DNA of 64,000 nucleotides from Bacteroidales bacterium (GTDB lineage Bacteria > Bacteroidota > Bacteroidia > Bacteroidales > UBA932). The DNA lies in assembly GCA_017429765.1 (NCBI GenBank), contig JAFROJ010000074.1:6649-70648 (forward strand). The letters run 5' to 3'. The translations under genes were made by a program, and so were the position numbers. The notes below the pieces were generated by a model. The model saw nothing but the letters and a program-made list of their open reading frames with translations, ran no database searches and had not been told where the DNA came from. Shown piece after piece: positions 28,154 through 38,375 of the stretch (its first letter is position 1; each line of letters opens with the position of its first letter).

Positions 28154-29296
28154 TTAGCCGAGGAAGCCGAGGAGTATACCGGCGGCGACCGCGGAACCGA
28201 TGACACCGGCCACGTTGGGCCCCATGGCGTGCATGAGCAGATGGTTGCCCGGATCGAATTCCCTTCCCACGACCTCAGACACGCGCGCGCTGTCAGGCAC
28301 CGCCGAGACACCGGCGTTACCGATCAGCGGATTGATCTTCCGGTCTCCCTTTAGGAACAGGTTCCAGAACTTGACGAAGAGGACACCGACCGTGGTCGCT
28401 ATCACGAACGACAGCAGACCGAGGAGGAATATCTTGAGGGAGGCTCCGGTGAGGAACTTGTCCGCCTGGGTGGAGGCTCCGACGGTCAGGCCGATGAGAG
28501 TTGTCACCACATCGATCAGCGGACCCCTGGCGGTCTCGGCGAGACGCCTGGTCACTCCGCTCTCTTTCAACAGGTTCCCGAAGAAGAGCATGCCCAGGAG
28601 GGGAAGCCCGGAGGGGACTATGAAAGCGGTGAGGAGGAAGCCCACGATGGGGAAGACTATCTTCTCCCTCTGGCTGACAACCCGGGGGGCGGGCATCCTC
28701 ATGAGGCGCTCCTTCTTGGTCGTCAGGGCCAGCATTATGGGCCTTTGGATCACCGGCACGAGGGCCATGTAGGAATACGCGCTCACGGCGATCGCGCCCA
28801 TGAGATCGGGAGCCAGTTTCGATGAGAGGAATATCGCCGTGGGACCGTCGGCTCCGCCGATGATGCCGATGGCTCCGGCCTGGTTGGGGTCGAAGCCGAG
28901 GGCCAGGGCAAGAAGATAGGCCCCGAATATTCCTGTCTGGGCGGCCGCGCCTATCAGCAACAGCCGAGGTTGCGAGATCAGGGCGGAGAAGTCGGTCATG
29001 GCACCGATCCCGAGGAAGATGAGGGGAGGGTACCATCCCTGTTTAACTCCTTGATACAGAGTGTTCAGGACAGAGCCGTCCTCATAGACGCCGATGTTCA
29101 GGCCCGGAAACATGGGAATGTTCCCGATGATCATCCCGAATCCGATGGGAACGAGGAGCAGAGGCTCCCAACCCTTCTTGATGGCGATGGTGATGAACAC
29201 CACGCCAATCAAGATCATCGCGAAATTCTGCCACGTGGCGTTGGCGAATCCGGTGAAAAACCAAAATTGCCGAAGGTTCTCGACTATGGTGTTCAT
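28154..29296 (-). CDS. mmdB: Na+-translocating decarboxylase beta subunit
   Basis: EPLLLVPIGFG, IGIIGGADGPT and HAMGPNVAGVIGSA motifs. Confidence 0.96.
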   Translation of the reverse strand: MNTIVENLRQFWFFTGFANATWQNFAMILIGVVFITIAIKKGWEPLLLVPIGFGMIIGNIPMFPGLNIGVYEDGSVLNTLYQGVKQGWYPPLIFLGIGAMTDFSALISQPRLLLIGAAAQTGIFGAYLLALALGFDPNQAGAIGIIGGADGPTAIFLSSKLAPDLMGAIAVSAYSYMALVPVIQRPIMLALTTKKERLMRMPAPRVVSQREKIVFPIVGFLLTAFIVPSGLPLLGMLFFGNLLKESGVTRRLAETARGPLIDVVTTLIGLTVGASTQADKFLTGASLKIFLLGLLSFVIATTVGVLFVKFWNLFLKGDRKINPLIGNAGVSAVPDSARVSEVVGREFDPGNHLLMHAMGPNVAGVIGSAVAAGILLGFLG

Positions 29297-29297
29297 C

Positions 29298-29723
29298 CTA
29301 GGCGATCTTGACGATTTCAGCTCCCTCGAGGACCGAGTCTCCCTTGTTCACGAGAACAGCCGTCACGGTCCCGTCGAAAGAGGCCTGGATCTCGTTCTCC
29401 ATCTTCATGGCCTCAATCACGGCCACTTTCTGGCCTGCCTTGACAGCCTGTCCCTCCTTGACTGACACCTCGATGATCACGCCAGGTAGGGGAGAGGTGA
29501 CGACTTTGCCCGGTCCTGCGGCGGGGGCGGGGGCTGGCTGGGGAGCGGCCTGCGGAGCCGCGGCGGCGGGGGCGGCGGCCACAGGGGCCGCGGGAGCCAT
29601 GGGCTCCTCCATCTCGACTTTGTAGGAGGCCCCGTTGACGGTGACATCGGCGATGGTCCCTTCCACGGAATTGATCTCGACGTTATACTCGTTGCCGTTG
29701 ATCTTGAATTTGTAGGTCTTCAT
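29298..29723 (-). CDS. mmdC: Biotin carboxyl carrier subunit
   Basis: Ala/Pro linker and the biotinylation motif EAMKMENE. Confidence 0.95.
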   Translation of the reverse strand: MKTYKFKINGNEYNVEINSVEGTIADVTVNGASYKVEMEEPMAPAAPVAAAPAAAAPQAAPQPAPAPAAGPGKVVTSPLPGVIIEVSVKEGQAVKAGQKVAVIEAMKMENEIQASFDGTVTAVLVNKGDSVLEGAEIVKIA

Positions 29724-29743
29724 ATCTGTATCTCGTGTTTTTA

Positions 29744-30682
29744 TTATCGTGGTGATTGTCTGAATGTCTGTGTCTTGTCTGCCCAGCCGCCGCCAGCGGA
29801 GGGGACGATCGTGATCACGAGACTCTCAAGGTCGTGGATCCCGCCCCCAAGGTAGTCGTGGAGCGCGAGCGCTATCGCCGCCTGGACCTCCCCGCCGCTC
29901 TCACGAGAGAGGGCCATTGAGATGGCCGCCGCGATCTCCGGAGTCATTTCCCCGGCTTTTCTCGAACCCTTCACCTTCCTCGGCCTGGCCTCTTTCGGGG
30001 AGGGGGATTGAAGCCTTCTGCTCATCTTCCCGATCCATCCGAATATGATGGCGAGGATGATGAGGGCGGTGAACACGACCGAGACGGCTATCAACGTGAG
30101 GACGAAGCCATGAGGGTCTTTCTCTCCCATGACCTCGCTCTTGCTCTTCGCGTCCACATCCCCGTTGTAGGTGCCAGGGGTGGGCTTGGCGGACACCCTT
30201 GTCTCGAAATCCATCCCCTTCACGCCCTGTGGCACTCTCACGACGGAGTGGTCGGCGGGAAGGTCGGCGGGGATGTCGATCCGGTCGATGACAGTCCTGC
30301 CGTCATTGCTGACAAGGTAGACCGTCGTTCCCCGGCGGAGCTGGAAGTTGGTGTGGTAAGTGCCCTGGAATGACTTGCCGCTGGTGTAAAAGACAACACT
30401 CTGCCTCGGGCCGATCTTGGTGGAAAGGTCGGAGGTGGGAATATGATACTTCTTCAAGTCGGAGAGGTCGTCGGAGAGGTAGCACCCTCCGAACTTGACC
30501 GTGCCGCTGGATGTGTTGAACAGCTCGATCCAGCCGTTCCTCTGGCCATAGTCGTCGGTGACGCCCTCGGTGTTGTCCACCAGAACCTCGCCGATCTTGA
30601 GGTCGGTCAGGTTCTGCGCCCCGAGAGAGGCTCCGCAAAGCAGCGAGACGACGGCGGCTATAATAATCCTGATTCGTCTCAT
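29744..30682 (-). CDS. oadG: OadG-family subunit with an N-terminal lamin-tail-like domain
   Basis: Signal peptide; IGEVLVDN...WIELFN..G.YLSDD (LTD-like); TM helix SVVFTALIILAIIF; repeated AAIAxAL motifs. Confidence 0.8.
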   Translation of the reverse strand: MRRIRIIIAAVVSLLCGASLGAQNLTDLKIGEVLVDNTEGVTDDYGQRNGWIELFNTSSGTVKFGGCYLSDDLSDLKKYHIPTSDLSTKIGPRQSVVFYTSGKSFQGTYHTNFQLRRGTTVYLVSNDGRTVIDRIDIPADLPADHSVVRVPQGVKGMDFETRVSAKPTPGTYNGDVDAKSKSEVMGEKDPHGFVLTLIAVSVVFTALIILAIIFGWIGKMSRRLQSPSPKEARPRKVKGSRKAGEMTPEIAAAISMALSRESGGEVQAAIALALHDYLGGGIHDLESLVITIVPSAGGGWADKTQTFRQSPR

Positions 30683-30686
30683 CGCT

Positions 30687-32249
30687 TTACAGAGGAAGAT
30701 TGTCATGTTTCTTGGCGGGGATGGTCTGCTTCTTCCCGGCGAGTTGCTCGAGGGCCCGGATGACCCTGAAACGTGTGTTCCGCGGCTCGATCACATCGTC
30801 GATGTAGCCCTTGGTCGCGGCCTGGTAGGGGTTGTTGAAGAGCTCCTCGTACTCGGCCTTCTTCTCCTGACGGATCCTCTCCTGCTCAGCGGGATCCTTC
30901 ACAGCCTTTATGTCCTTGGCGTACAGCACGTTGACAGCGCCGTCGGCTCCCATCACGGCGATCTGGGCGGAGGGCCAGGCGTAGACCAGGTCAGCCCTCA
31001 GGTGCTTGCTGCTCATCACGATGTACGAGCCTCCGTAGCTCTTGCGGAGCTCGACGGTGACCTTCGGGACAGTGGCCTCGCCGTAGGCGTAGAGGAGCTT
31101 GGCCCCGTTGGTGATGACAGCGCCGTACTCCTGCTGGGTGCCGGGAAGGAACCCGGGCACGTCGACGAGCGACACCAGGGGAATGTTGAAGGCGTCGCAG
31201 AAACGCACGAAACGGGCGCCCTTGCGCGACGCGTTGATGTCAAGCACTCCGGCCAGGGTCTTCGGCTGGTTCGCCACGATCCCGACGCTACGGCCGTTCA
31301 TGTGGGCGAAACCCACTATGATGTTCTTGGCGAAGTCCTTATGGATCTCGAAGAACTTCCCGTCGTCCACTATGCTCCCGATCACCTTGTACATGTCGTA
31401 AGGTGTGTTGGGGTTGTCGGGGATTATCTCGTTGAGGCTGTCGTCCACACGGCTGACCGGATCGTTGGTGGGGACTCTCGGGGCCTCTTCCATGTTGTTC
31501 TGGGGAATGTAGGAGAGCAACTCCTTGATCAGGCGGATTCCGTCCTCCTCGTTCTCGGCGGCGAAATGGGCCACTCCGCTCTTGGAGGCGTGGACACTAG
31601 CCCCGCCAAGCTCCTCCTGGCTGACCTCCTCCCCGAGCACACTCTTGACCACGGATGGTCCGGTGAGGAACATGTAGGAAGTGTTCTTCACCATGACCGT
31701 GAAGTCGGTGAGGGCGGGGGAGTACACGGCTCCGCCGGCGCAAGGGCCGAAAATGCCGGAGATCTGCGGCACGACACCCGAGGCGAGGATATTCCTCTCG
31801 AATATCTCACCGTAGCCGGCCAGGGAATCGACCCCCTCCTGGATCCTGGCTCCGCCCGAGTCGTTCAGGCAGATGAAAGGAGCCCCGTTCCGCGAGGCCA
31901 GGTCAAGGACCTTGCAGATCTTCTCGGACATGGTCTTGGAGAGCGAGCCTCCGGAGACCGTGAAGTCCTGCGCGGCCACATAGACGAGTCGGCCGCCGAT
32001 CGTGCCCATCCCGGTCACGACACCGTCGCCGTCGACATGATTCCGGTCCATCCCGAAATTGACGCAACGGTGACGGACAAACATGTCGAACTCCTCGAAG
32101 CTCCCCTCGTCGAGCAATAGGGCGAGCCTTTCCCTCGCCGTCATCTTGCCTTTCTCGTGCTGGGCGTCAATCCTTGCCTGACCTCCGCCCAGCTTGGCGG
32201 CTGCCCTGCGCTCAACCAGCCTCGCGATATTTTCCTTTTGAATGCTCAT
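30687..32249 (-). CDS. mmdA: Acyl-CoA carboxyltransferase / methylmalonyl-CoA decarboxylase alpha subunit
   Basis: [34 protein letters not shown] and VDVPGFLPG motifs. Confidence 0.93.
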   Translation of the reverse strand: MSIQKENIARLVERRAAAKLGGGQARIDAQHEKGKMTARERLALLLDEGSFEEFDMFVRHRCVNFGMDRNHVDGDGVVTGMGTIGGRLVYVAAQDFTVSGGSLSKTMSEKICKVLDLASRNGAPFICLNDSGGARIQEGVDSLAGYGEIFERNILASGVVPQISGIFGPCAGGAVYSPALTDFTVMVKNTSYMFLTGPSVVKSVLGEEVSQEELGGASVHASKSGVAHFAAENEEDGIRLIKELLSYIPQNNMEEAPRVPTNDPVSRVDDSLNEIIPDNPNTPYDMYKVIGSIVDDGKFFEIHKDFAKNIIVGFAHMNGRSVGIVANQPKTLAGVLDINASRKGARFVRFCDAFNIPLVSLVDVPGFLPGTQQEYGAVITNGAKLLYAYGEATVPKVTVELRKSYGGSYIVMSSKHLRADLVYAWPSAQIAVMGADGAVNVLYAKDIKAVKDPAEQERIRQEKKAEYEELFNNPYQAATKGYIDDVIEPRNTRFRVIRALEQLAGKKQTIPAKKHDNLPL

Positions 32250-32276
32250 ATTATCCTAAACCTTTATGGTAATTCA

Positions 32277-32284
32277 CAAATATA
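32277..32284 (-). promoter_or_regulatory. -7 box for the mmd operon
   Basis: TATATTTG on the minus strand, 27 nt upstream of mmdA. Confidence 0.75.
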
Positions 32285-32304
32285 CCAAAAACCCCGTTTA
32301 AATC

Positions 32305-32344
32305 AAAAAAAACAAGCCCCGGGATAAGGCTCACCCCAGGGCTT
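32305..32344 (-). terminator. Intrinsic terminator after yebC
   Basis: 10-bp stem 32314-32323 / 32335-32344 with a U-tract on the minus strand. Confidence 0.7.
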
Positions 32345-32364
32345 TCTAATTCTCGCGGGAATAA

Positions 32365-33120
32365 CTATTCCTCAGCAGGTTTCATGGTGTTGTAGACGGC
32401 GGTGACATCGTCATCGTCCTCGAGGAGGCCGGTGAGCTTGTCGAGGGTCTCCCTCTGCTCGGGGGTGACCTCCTTGAGCTCTGTGTTGGGGAGCCTCTCG
32501 AAGCCTCCGGAGACGAGCTCGTAGCCGTTGTCCTCGATGAACTTCTGGATAGCGCCGTAAGAGCTGTAGGCCCCGTAGATGACGATGTTCTTTTTCACGT
32601 CGCCGTTCTCGTCCTCCTGCTCCTCGACAAACACCTCGGGATCGTCGTCGCAATCGCAGAGCTCAAGCTGGAGCTCGTCGATATCGAGACCCTCCTGGTC
32701 CTTGACACGGAACACGCACTTGTGGTCGAACATGAAGCTCACGCTGCCGCTGGTGCCGAGGGCGCCGCCGCACTTGGTGAAGTAGCTGCGCACATTGGCC
32801 ACGGTCCTGGTGTTGTTGTCAGTGGCGGCTTCCACAAGGTAAGCGATGCCGTGGGGGCCGTAGCCCTCGTACACCAGCTCCTTGAAATCGCCCTGGTCCT
32901 TCTCAAGGGCTTTCTTGATGGCCCTCTCGACATTGTCCTTGGGCATGTTCTCGCTCCTGGCCTCGGCGATGAGCGCCCTGAGCCTGGGATTGCCGGTCAC
33001 GTCGGGACCGCCCTGCTTGACGGCGATGGTTATCTCCTTCCCGATCTTCGTGAAGGTCTTGGCCATGTGGCCCCATCTCTTGAATTTCCTTTCCTTGCGG
33101 AACTCAAACGCTCTTCCCAT
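32365..33120 (-). CDS. yebC: YebC/PmpR family protein
   Basis: MGRAFEFRK, NMPKDNVERAIKKA, YEGYGPHG and TDNNTRT motifs; ATG 33120. Confidence 0.95.
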   Translation of the reverse strand: MGRAFEFRKERKFKRWGHMAKTFTKIGKEITIAVKQGGPDVTGNPRLRALIAEARSENMPKDNVERAIKKALEKDQGDFKELVYEGYGPHGIAYLVEAATDNNTRTVANVRSYFTKCGGALGTSGSVSFMFDHKCVFRVKDQEGLDIDELQLELCDCDDDPEVFVEEQEDENGDVKKNIVIYGAYSSYGAIQKFIEDNGYELVSGGFERLPNTELKEVTPEQRETLDKLTGLLEDDDDVTAVYNTMKPAEE

Positions 33121-33121
33121 A

Positions 33122-33805
33122 TCACTTCTGGCTTTCGATCCTGGAGATGTACTTGTCGACGTCGTATCCCTCCACAGACTGGGGATACTTCTCCTTGATG
33201 GCTTTGTAGTAGGTGAGGGCCTTCTCCTTGTCGCCCGTCTGCTCGCAGACCACACCGGCCTTGAGCATGTAGTTGGCGGCGAACACGTTGTCGGCCACGG
33301 CAATCGCCTTGTCGAAGCAGTCGAGGGCCTTGGCGTAATCCTCGAGACCTGTGTAGGCGTCGCCCATGCAGGCTATCGCGCGGGCTTTGAGGATGGTCTC
33401 CTTACCGTTGTACTTCTTGAGGAAGTCTATCGCCTCCTGGTAGTTGCCGAGCTGGAGCTCGCAGACACCGGCGTAGAAATAGACATCCTTTCCGGCCTTG
33501 GCGCCGAAATCGTCGATGATCTGGGAGAAACCAAGGACATTCCCGTCGCCGTTGAGGGCGAGCTCATACTCACCGGAGCGGAAATTGGCCTCGGCGGGAT
33601 ACATCTGCTCGACGGCCTCGCGGGTCTTCGGCTGGTAATAGAATTTGTAATAGGCCACCACGGCCAGACCGATCACCAGGAGGGCGATCAGGATGCTGTA
33701 GATGGTCTTTTTGTTCTCACGGAAGAACTGGTCGGTCTTGGAGACAGTCTCGTTCACTCTGTCCTGACGCTCCTGCTCTTTCACTTCTGCTACTTTCTTT
33801 GCCAT
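33122..33805 (-). CDS. Membrane-anchored tetratricopeptide repeat protein (YfgM-like)
   Basis: One TM helix followed by TPR helices (YFYAGVC..LG.Y.EA, A..GDAY). Confidence 0.85.
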   Translation of the reverse strand: MAKKVAEVKEQERQDRVNETVSKTDQFFRENKKTIYSILIALLVIGLAVVAYYKFYYQPKTREAVEQMYPAEANFRSGEYELALNGDGNVLGFSQIIDDFGAKAGKDVYFYAGVCELQLGNYQEAIDFLKKYNGKETILKARAIACMGDAYTGLEDYAKALDCFDKAIAVADNVFAANYMLKAGVVCEQTGDKEKALTYYKAIKEKYPQSVEGYDVDKYISRIESQK

Positions 33806-33915
33806 TATTATCGATTTTTTGTTTTTTACCTTAATTTTACACGACAGTCCGCAAAAATAGAAAAAATTGTTTAATCATGCAATATGATTATCTTCGCGAT
33901 AGTCTATTAATGAGG

Positions 33916-35022
33916 ATGCCGATCTTAAGAAAAATAGCTGTCCAGGATTTCCGGAATATAGTTTTCCAGGAGCTTTCCTTTTCCCCGAACATCAATTGCG
34001 TCTCCGGCAACAACGGTGTCGGGAAGACCAATCTGATGGACGCTATCTGGTACCTGTCCATGACCAAAAGCGCCTTCGCCTCCTCCGACAGGTACAATTT
34101 CCGCCACGGGAAGGACTCCTTCGCCATCTCCGGGACCTACGACATGGGTGACGGGCCGGCGGCCAGGTTCTCCGTCCAGGTGGACGGGAAGGGGGAGAAG
34201 AAGGTCCGCAGGGACGACAAGGCCTATTCCCGCGTCTCGGACCACATCGGCGTCCTTCCCATCGTGATGGTCTCCCCGAGCGACACCTCCCTTGTCAGCG
34301 AGAGCGGGGACGACCGCAGGCGTTTCGTCAACTCCGTGCTGTCCCAGATGGACAGGGAATATCTCTCCGCCGCCCAGCAGTACAACAGGCTCCTCGCCCA
34401 GAGGAACCGCATGCTGAAAGACGGGATCAGGGACGAGGGGCTCCTGTCGGTCTTCGACGAGCGGATGGAGGGCCACGCCGAGGCGGTGTTCAAGGCCAGG
34501 GACAAGTTCGCGGAGGATCTCATGCCGATAGTCTCCGACTTCTACGCCACCCTCTCGGGCGGGCGGGAGTCAGTCACGATAGGCTACCAGTCCGATCTCC
34601 GCAAGGGCTCCCTGACCGAGCAGCTCAAGGCCTCCAGGGAAAAGGATCTCGCCCTTGGGTACACCACCGCGGGCGTCCAGAGGGATGATTTCATCTTCAA
34701 GATGGACGGCTACCCGATCCGTCGCTGCGGCTCCCAGGGCCAGCAGAAATCCTTCCTTGTGTCCCTGAAGTTCGCCCAGTACGAGATCATGAGACGCAGG
34801 TACGGCTTCCCTCCCACGATGTTGCTGGACGACGTGTTCGACAAGCTTGACATGAGCAGGATATCCAACCTTCTCGGCATGGTGGCGGGCAACGACTTCG
34901 GCCAGATATTCATAACCGACAGCGACAAGGTCAGGATGGCCGGGATAGTCGACAACCTGACCTCCGACCGGGCGTATTTCGTGGCGGACGGCGGAGAGTT
35001 CAAGGAGGTGATGGATGCCTGA
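33916..35022 (+). CDS. recF: DNA replication/repair protein RecF
   Basis: Walker A GNNGVGKTN; GSQGQQK and LLDDVFDKLD motifs. Start 33910 or 33916. Confidence 0.95.
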   Translation: MPILRKIAVQDFRNIVFQELSFSPNINCVSGNNGVGKTNLMDAIWYLSMTKSAFASSDRYNFRHGKDSFAISGTYDMGDGPAARFSVQVDGKGEKKVRRDDKAYSRVSDHIGVLPIVMVSPSDTSLVSESGDDRRRFVNSVLSQMDREYLSAAQQYNRLLAQRNRMLKDGIRDEGLLSVFDERMEGHAEAVFKARDKFAEDLMPIVSDFYATLSGGRESVTIGYQSDLRKGSLTEQLKASREKDLALGYTTAGVQRDDFIFKMDGYPIRRCGSQGQQKSFLVSLKFAQYEIMRRRYGFPPTMLLDDVFDKLDMSRISNLLGMVAGNDFGQIFITDSDKVRMAGIVDNLTSDRAYFVADGGEFKEVMDA

Positions 35023-35359
35023 GTTCCGCAAGATCAAGGGCGTTCCCCGCAAGGAGGCGGTCTCGATGGGCGAGATCGTCCCTCTCTTTGTCAAGTCGAG
35101 GGGGTTGAGCGCCGCTCTTAACACCCGCAGGGTCTTCGCCGCATGGGACGAGGTCTCAGGAGTCAAGGAATTCACGCTGAGGAAGTTCTACAGGGACGGG
35201 AAACTGTTCGTGACCCTTTCCTCGTCGATGGTCCGAAGCCATCTTGAGTTCCAGAAAGAGTCCCTTGTGGACGCCGTCAACGCTTTCCTCGAGAAAGACA
35301 GCCTGTTCGACAAGGACTGCGCCAAGGCGGGTTTTGTCAAAGAGATAATACTTAAGTGA
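35015..35359 (+). CDS. DUF721 / DciA-like protein
   Basis: Follows recF with an overlap; W...G....YRDGKLFVTLSSSMVRSHL motif. Confidence 0.85.
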   Translation: MPEFRKIKGVPRKEAVSMGEIVPLFVKSRGLSAALNTRRVFAAWDEVSGVKEFTLRKFYRDGKLFVTLSSSMVRSHLEFQKESLVDAVNAFLEKDSLFDKDCAKAGFVKEIILK

Positions 35360-35361
35360 AT

Positions 35362-36411
35362 ATGGAAGGAGAAAGGATCAAGGTGGTGATCGACGACGCG
35401 ATCCCGTTCATCTCGGGAGTCTTGGAGCCGTTCGCCGACGTCGTGTACAAAGGTGGCAGGGAAATATGCCGGGAGGACCTGATGGACGCCTCCGCTCTGG
35501 TGATCCGCACAAGGACCAGATGCGACGAGGCCCTTCTGGAGGGGACCGCCGTCAAGTTCATAGCGACCGCGACCATAGGCACGGACCACATCAACCATGA
35601 CTATTGCGACCGGAAGGGGATAGTGGTGCGAAACGCCGCCGGATGCAACGCCGGCGGAGTGATGAACTATGTCTTCTCGGCCCTTTACGGCGTGGCGTCC
35701 AGGCAGTCCATCCGACTTGACGGCTGCAAGCTGGGAATAGTCGGCGTCGGCAACGTGGGGAGCCGGGTGGACCGGGTGGCCGGTTACCTGGGTTTCAAAG
35801 TCCTCAAGAACGACCCCCCGAGAATGGCCGCAGAGGGTCCTGAGGGTTTCTGCCCCCTGGACTATCTCCTCGCCAACTCCCAGATAGTCACCATGCACGT
35901 GCCTCTGGACGAGACCACTTTCAGGATGTGCGACGACTCCTTCTTCGAGAAGATTAAGCCAGGGACCATATTCATAAACGCCTCCCGGGGGGAGGTCGTG
36001 GACGAGGCCGCCCTCAAGAGGGCCATCCCCAAGCTCGGCCCTGTCATCATAGACACCTGGAACAACGAGCCTGACATCGACCGCGAGCTGATGGACATGG
36101 TGGACATCGCGACCCCGCACATCGCCGGTTACTCCTATCAGGGCAAGCAGAACGGCACGGCCGCCGCGGTCCGGGCCCTGGCTCGTTTCTTCGGCTTCGA
36201 GAGACTCTACGAGTTCTTCCCGAAGACCGAGATCGAGAGCCTGGAGGCCGTGAAACTCGACCTTAAAGGCAAAAAGCAGGGCGAGATCACCTCGGCCCTG
36301 CAATACAACTATCCGATTTTCACGGACGATTTCATGTTCCGGATGGACCCCGGCGGATTCGAGGGGCTTCGCTCCCATTACCAGTACCGCCGTGAGTTCT
36401 ATGTGGGTTGA
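35362..36411 (+). CDS. pdxB: 4-phosphoerythronate dehydrogenase
   Basis: IRTRTRCD, TATIGTDH, GIVGVGNVG, INASRGEV and TPHIAGYS motifs. Confidence 0.92.
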   Translation: MEGERIKVVIDDAIPFISGVLEPFADVVYKGGREICREDLMDASALVIRTRTRCDEALLEGTAVKFIATATIGTDHINHDYCDRKGIVVRNAAGCNAGGVMNYVFSALYGVASRQSIRLDGCKLGIVGVGNVGSRVDRVAGYLGFKVLKNDPPRMAAEGPEGFCPLDYLLANSQIVTMHVPLDETTFRMCDDSFFEKIKPGTIFINASRGEVVDEAALKRAIPKLGPVIIDTWNNEPDIDRELMDMVDIATPHIAGYSYQGKQNGTAAAVRALARFFGFERLYEFFPKTEIESLEAVKLDLKGKKQGEITSALQYNYPIFTDDFMFRMDPGGFEGLRSHYQYRREFYVG

Positions 36412-36414
36412 CCC

Positions 36415-37170
36415 TTAGTTCGTCGCGCTTTTCACTTCCCCGCCTTCCCGGTAGGCGACCTCTCCGGATCCGCTGACTCTCTGGACGATGACCCTCTCAG
36501 CGTCCAGGTCCCCTGAATAGAACGATCCTGAGCCGTCCTTCTTGAGAGTCAGCTCGCCGGTCTTGCCCTTAAGGACTGTGTCACCCGAGCCGGAGCATGA
36601 GATGGAGACCGAGCCGGAGTTGACAATCTGGATCGTCAGGTCCCCGGAACCTTCCTTGTCGACGCTGACCATCCCGATGGTCTCGCAGCCTACGATCATG
36701 GTGTCTCCCGATCCCGACTTGTTCACGAGCAGATACTCGTCGCTCAACCCCTCGTGGATCATCAGATCCCCGCTCCCACGGGCCTCGATCACTTTGATTG
36801 TCGGGGCGTAGACAGTGACATGCTCGTCCTGGGCGATCGGGCCGCTCATCATGATCGTCAGCAAGCCGTTGCCCTTGTCAACCAGGACTTTGACAGAGTC
36901 CCTTGTGGCGTGGGTGCCTTTGATGACCACCTCCGGATCCCCCTCCCGGACAATGAAGTCGACATCGACCGGGCCGTTGTTACAGATTCCCCGGAACTCG
37001 CCAGGAAAGACGACGAGGGAGTCGGATTCGGAATAGATCTTTCTCGAGGAGGCGATCCTGATGTTTATCGCCTTCTTCGCCTCCTCGCTCAATTTGACAT
37101 AGCACGAGGACACCGAGAGCGCCGTCGCCGCGAGCAATGAGGCGAATAATATTCTTTTAGCCAGTTTCAT
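36415..37170 (-). CDS. GIN/DUF2807 adhesin-like lipoprotein
   Basis: Lipobox VSSC; beta-helix repeats (S/E)GSGD occurring about 6 times. Confidence 0.8.
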   Translation of the reverse strand: MKLAKRILFASLLAATALSVSSCYVKLSEEAKKAINIRIASSRKIYSESDSLVVFPGEFRGICNNGPVDVDFIVREGDPEVVIKGTHATRDSVKVLVDKGNGLLTIMMSGPIAQDEHVTVYAPTIKVIEARGSGDLMIHEGLSDEYLLVNKSGSGDTMIVGCETIGMVSVDKEGSGDLTIQIVNSGSVSISCSGSGDTVLKGKTGELTLKKDGSGSFYSGDLDAERVIVQRVSGSGEVAYREGGEVKSATN

Positions 37171-37178
37171 ATTCTAAT

Positions 37179-37523
37179 CTATTTATTCTCAAATATTTCC
37201 TTGGGATCAAGACCGAGCAGTTCCATCTTCTTGATGACGAGAGGAAGCTCTTCCTCGAGGAATTCCTTCCTGGAACTCTCGAGGACGATGGCCATGGCGT
37301 CGTCTGAGATGAAATAGCCGATCCCGCGCTTGTTGAATATCACTCCCTCCGTGGTGAGACGCTCGTATGCGCGCATGACTGTGTTGGGGTTGACTCCGAT
37401 TTCGGCCCCGTATTCCCTGACGGAGGGTATCCGGTCCCCGGCTCTAAGGTCGCCGGAGAGTATCTTTTCCCGGATGGCGTCCCTTATCTGGAGGAATATC
37501 GCTTTGTTTGAGTTGAATTCCAT
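37179..37523 (-). CDS. GntR family (YtrA-like) regulator
   Basis: IFLQI, IPSVRE..GVNPNTVMRAY and KRGIGYF motifs. Confidence 0.93.
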   Translation of the reverse strand: MEFNSNKAIFLQIRDAIREKILSGDLRAGDRIPSVREYGAEIGVNPNTVMRAYERLTTEGVIFNKRGIGYFISDDAMAIVLESSRKEFLEEELPLVIKKMELLGLDPKEIFENK

Positions 37524-37535
37524 GGGTCTCTTGTT

Positions 37536-38360
37536 TTAGTGTTGGAGCTTCTTGACCCTGAACCAAGACCAAAGGCCAAGTCCGCAGACGACTAAGATCA
37601 GCTCGACATTCGCCCAGAAGTTAATCCAGAAGTCGATGTTATCCGCGTGGTTGTTGAGCCAGGTCTCCATCCTGTCGCCGAAAGCGCCGAAGTCGACTGA
37701 CGAGATGATGGTGGAGATGACGGCGAACATGACAAAAGCAAGGACGAAGAGGACGATGATGGTTTTGGCCACCTTTCCTTTCTTGAATATCAAGGCTCCG
37801 AGAAGGAAGACGGACACGGCCTGTAGGGTCGCGGAGACAAATAGCCAGGCTCCTTTGGCGTTGAATCTGACAAAGGATTCAGTGTCAAGCTCGCTCCATT
37901 TCTTTATGATCGAGTCACCGCAACGATTGTCCGCCAGGCAGACCAGCGCGTCGCTGAGAAGATAGCCGCAGAAGAAGACGGCGGGGATGACGACCAGGCT
38001 GATCAGCATCATGGACAGGAACTTCTCCAACCTGGAGGCCGGAAGCTCGAGCCACTCCGACCCCTTGGCCTTCTCGGTGACGAAACCGTAGGATTTGGCG
38101 GGGAACGAGATCAGGAATCCGACTGTCATGATGGCGAACACGATGCTCCTTGGAGTGATCTGCGGACGCGCGAGAGGCGTCCCGGTGAACAGGGCGGAGA
38201 TCCCGTTCTGGCTCAGGCCGGAGAAAAACAAGAAGATTATGTAGAACGCGACGGGCCAGATCAACGGAGTGACCAGATAGATCGCGTTCTCCTTCCATTG
38301 TGACTTGAGATCGAAGGCGAGATACTTCCCGAAACGGTTGAGGTTGAATACATCGCTCAT
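37536..38360 (-). CDS. ABC-2-type permease-like membrane protein
   Basis: About 6 TM helices; LELPASRLEKF motif; follows the ABC ATPase gene. Confidence 0.8.
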   Translation of the reverse strand: MSDVFNLNRFGKYLAFDLKSQWKENAIYLVTPLIWPVAFYIIFLFFSGLSQNGISALFTGTPLARPQITPRSIVFAIMTVGFLISFPAKSYGFVTEKAKGSEWLELPASRLEKFLSMMLISLVVIPAVFFCGYLLSDALVCLADNRCGDSIIKKWSELDTESFVRFNAKGAWLFVSATLQAVSVFLLGALIFKKGKVAKTIIVLFVLAFVMFAVISTIISSVDFGAFGDRMETWLNNHADNIDFWINFWANVELILVVCGLGLWSWFRVKKLQH

Positions 38361-38375
38361 GACTATTCCTCCGTA

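Noticed and set aside
30558-32120. 520-aa antisense ORF over mmdA, and similar ones over hisD, DPP-IV, ntpA and the PUL genes
   Set aside because: Same codon-bias shadow effect; the opposite strand carries well-conserved proteins.
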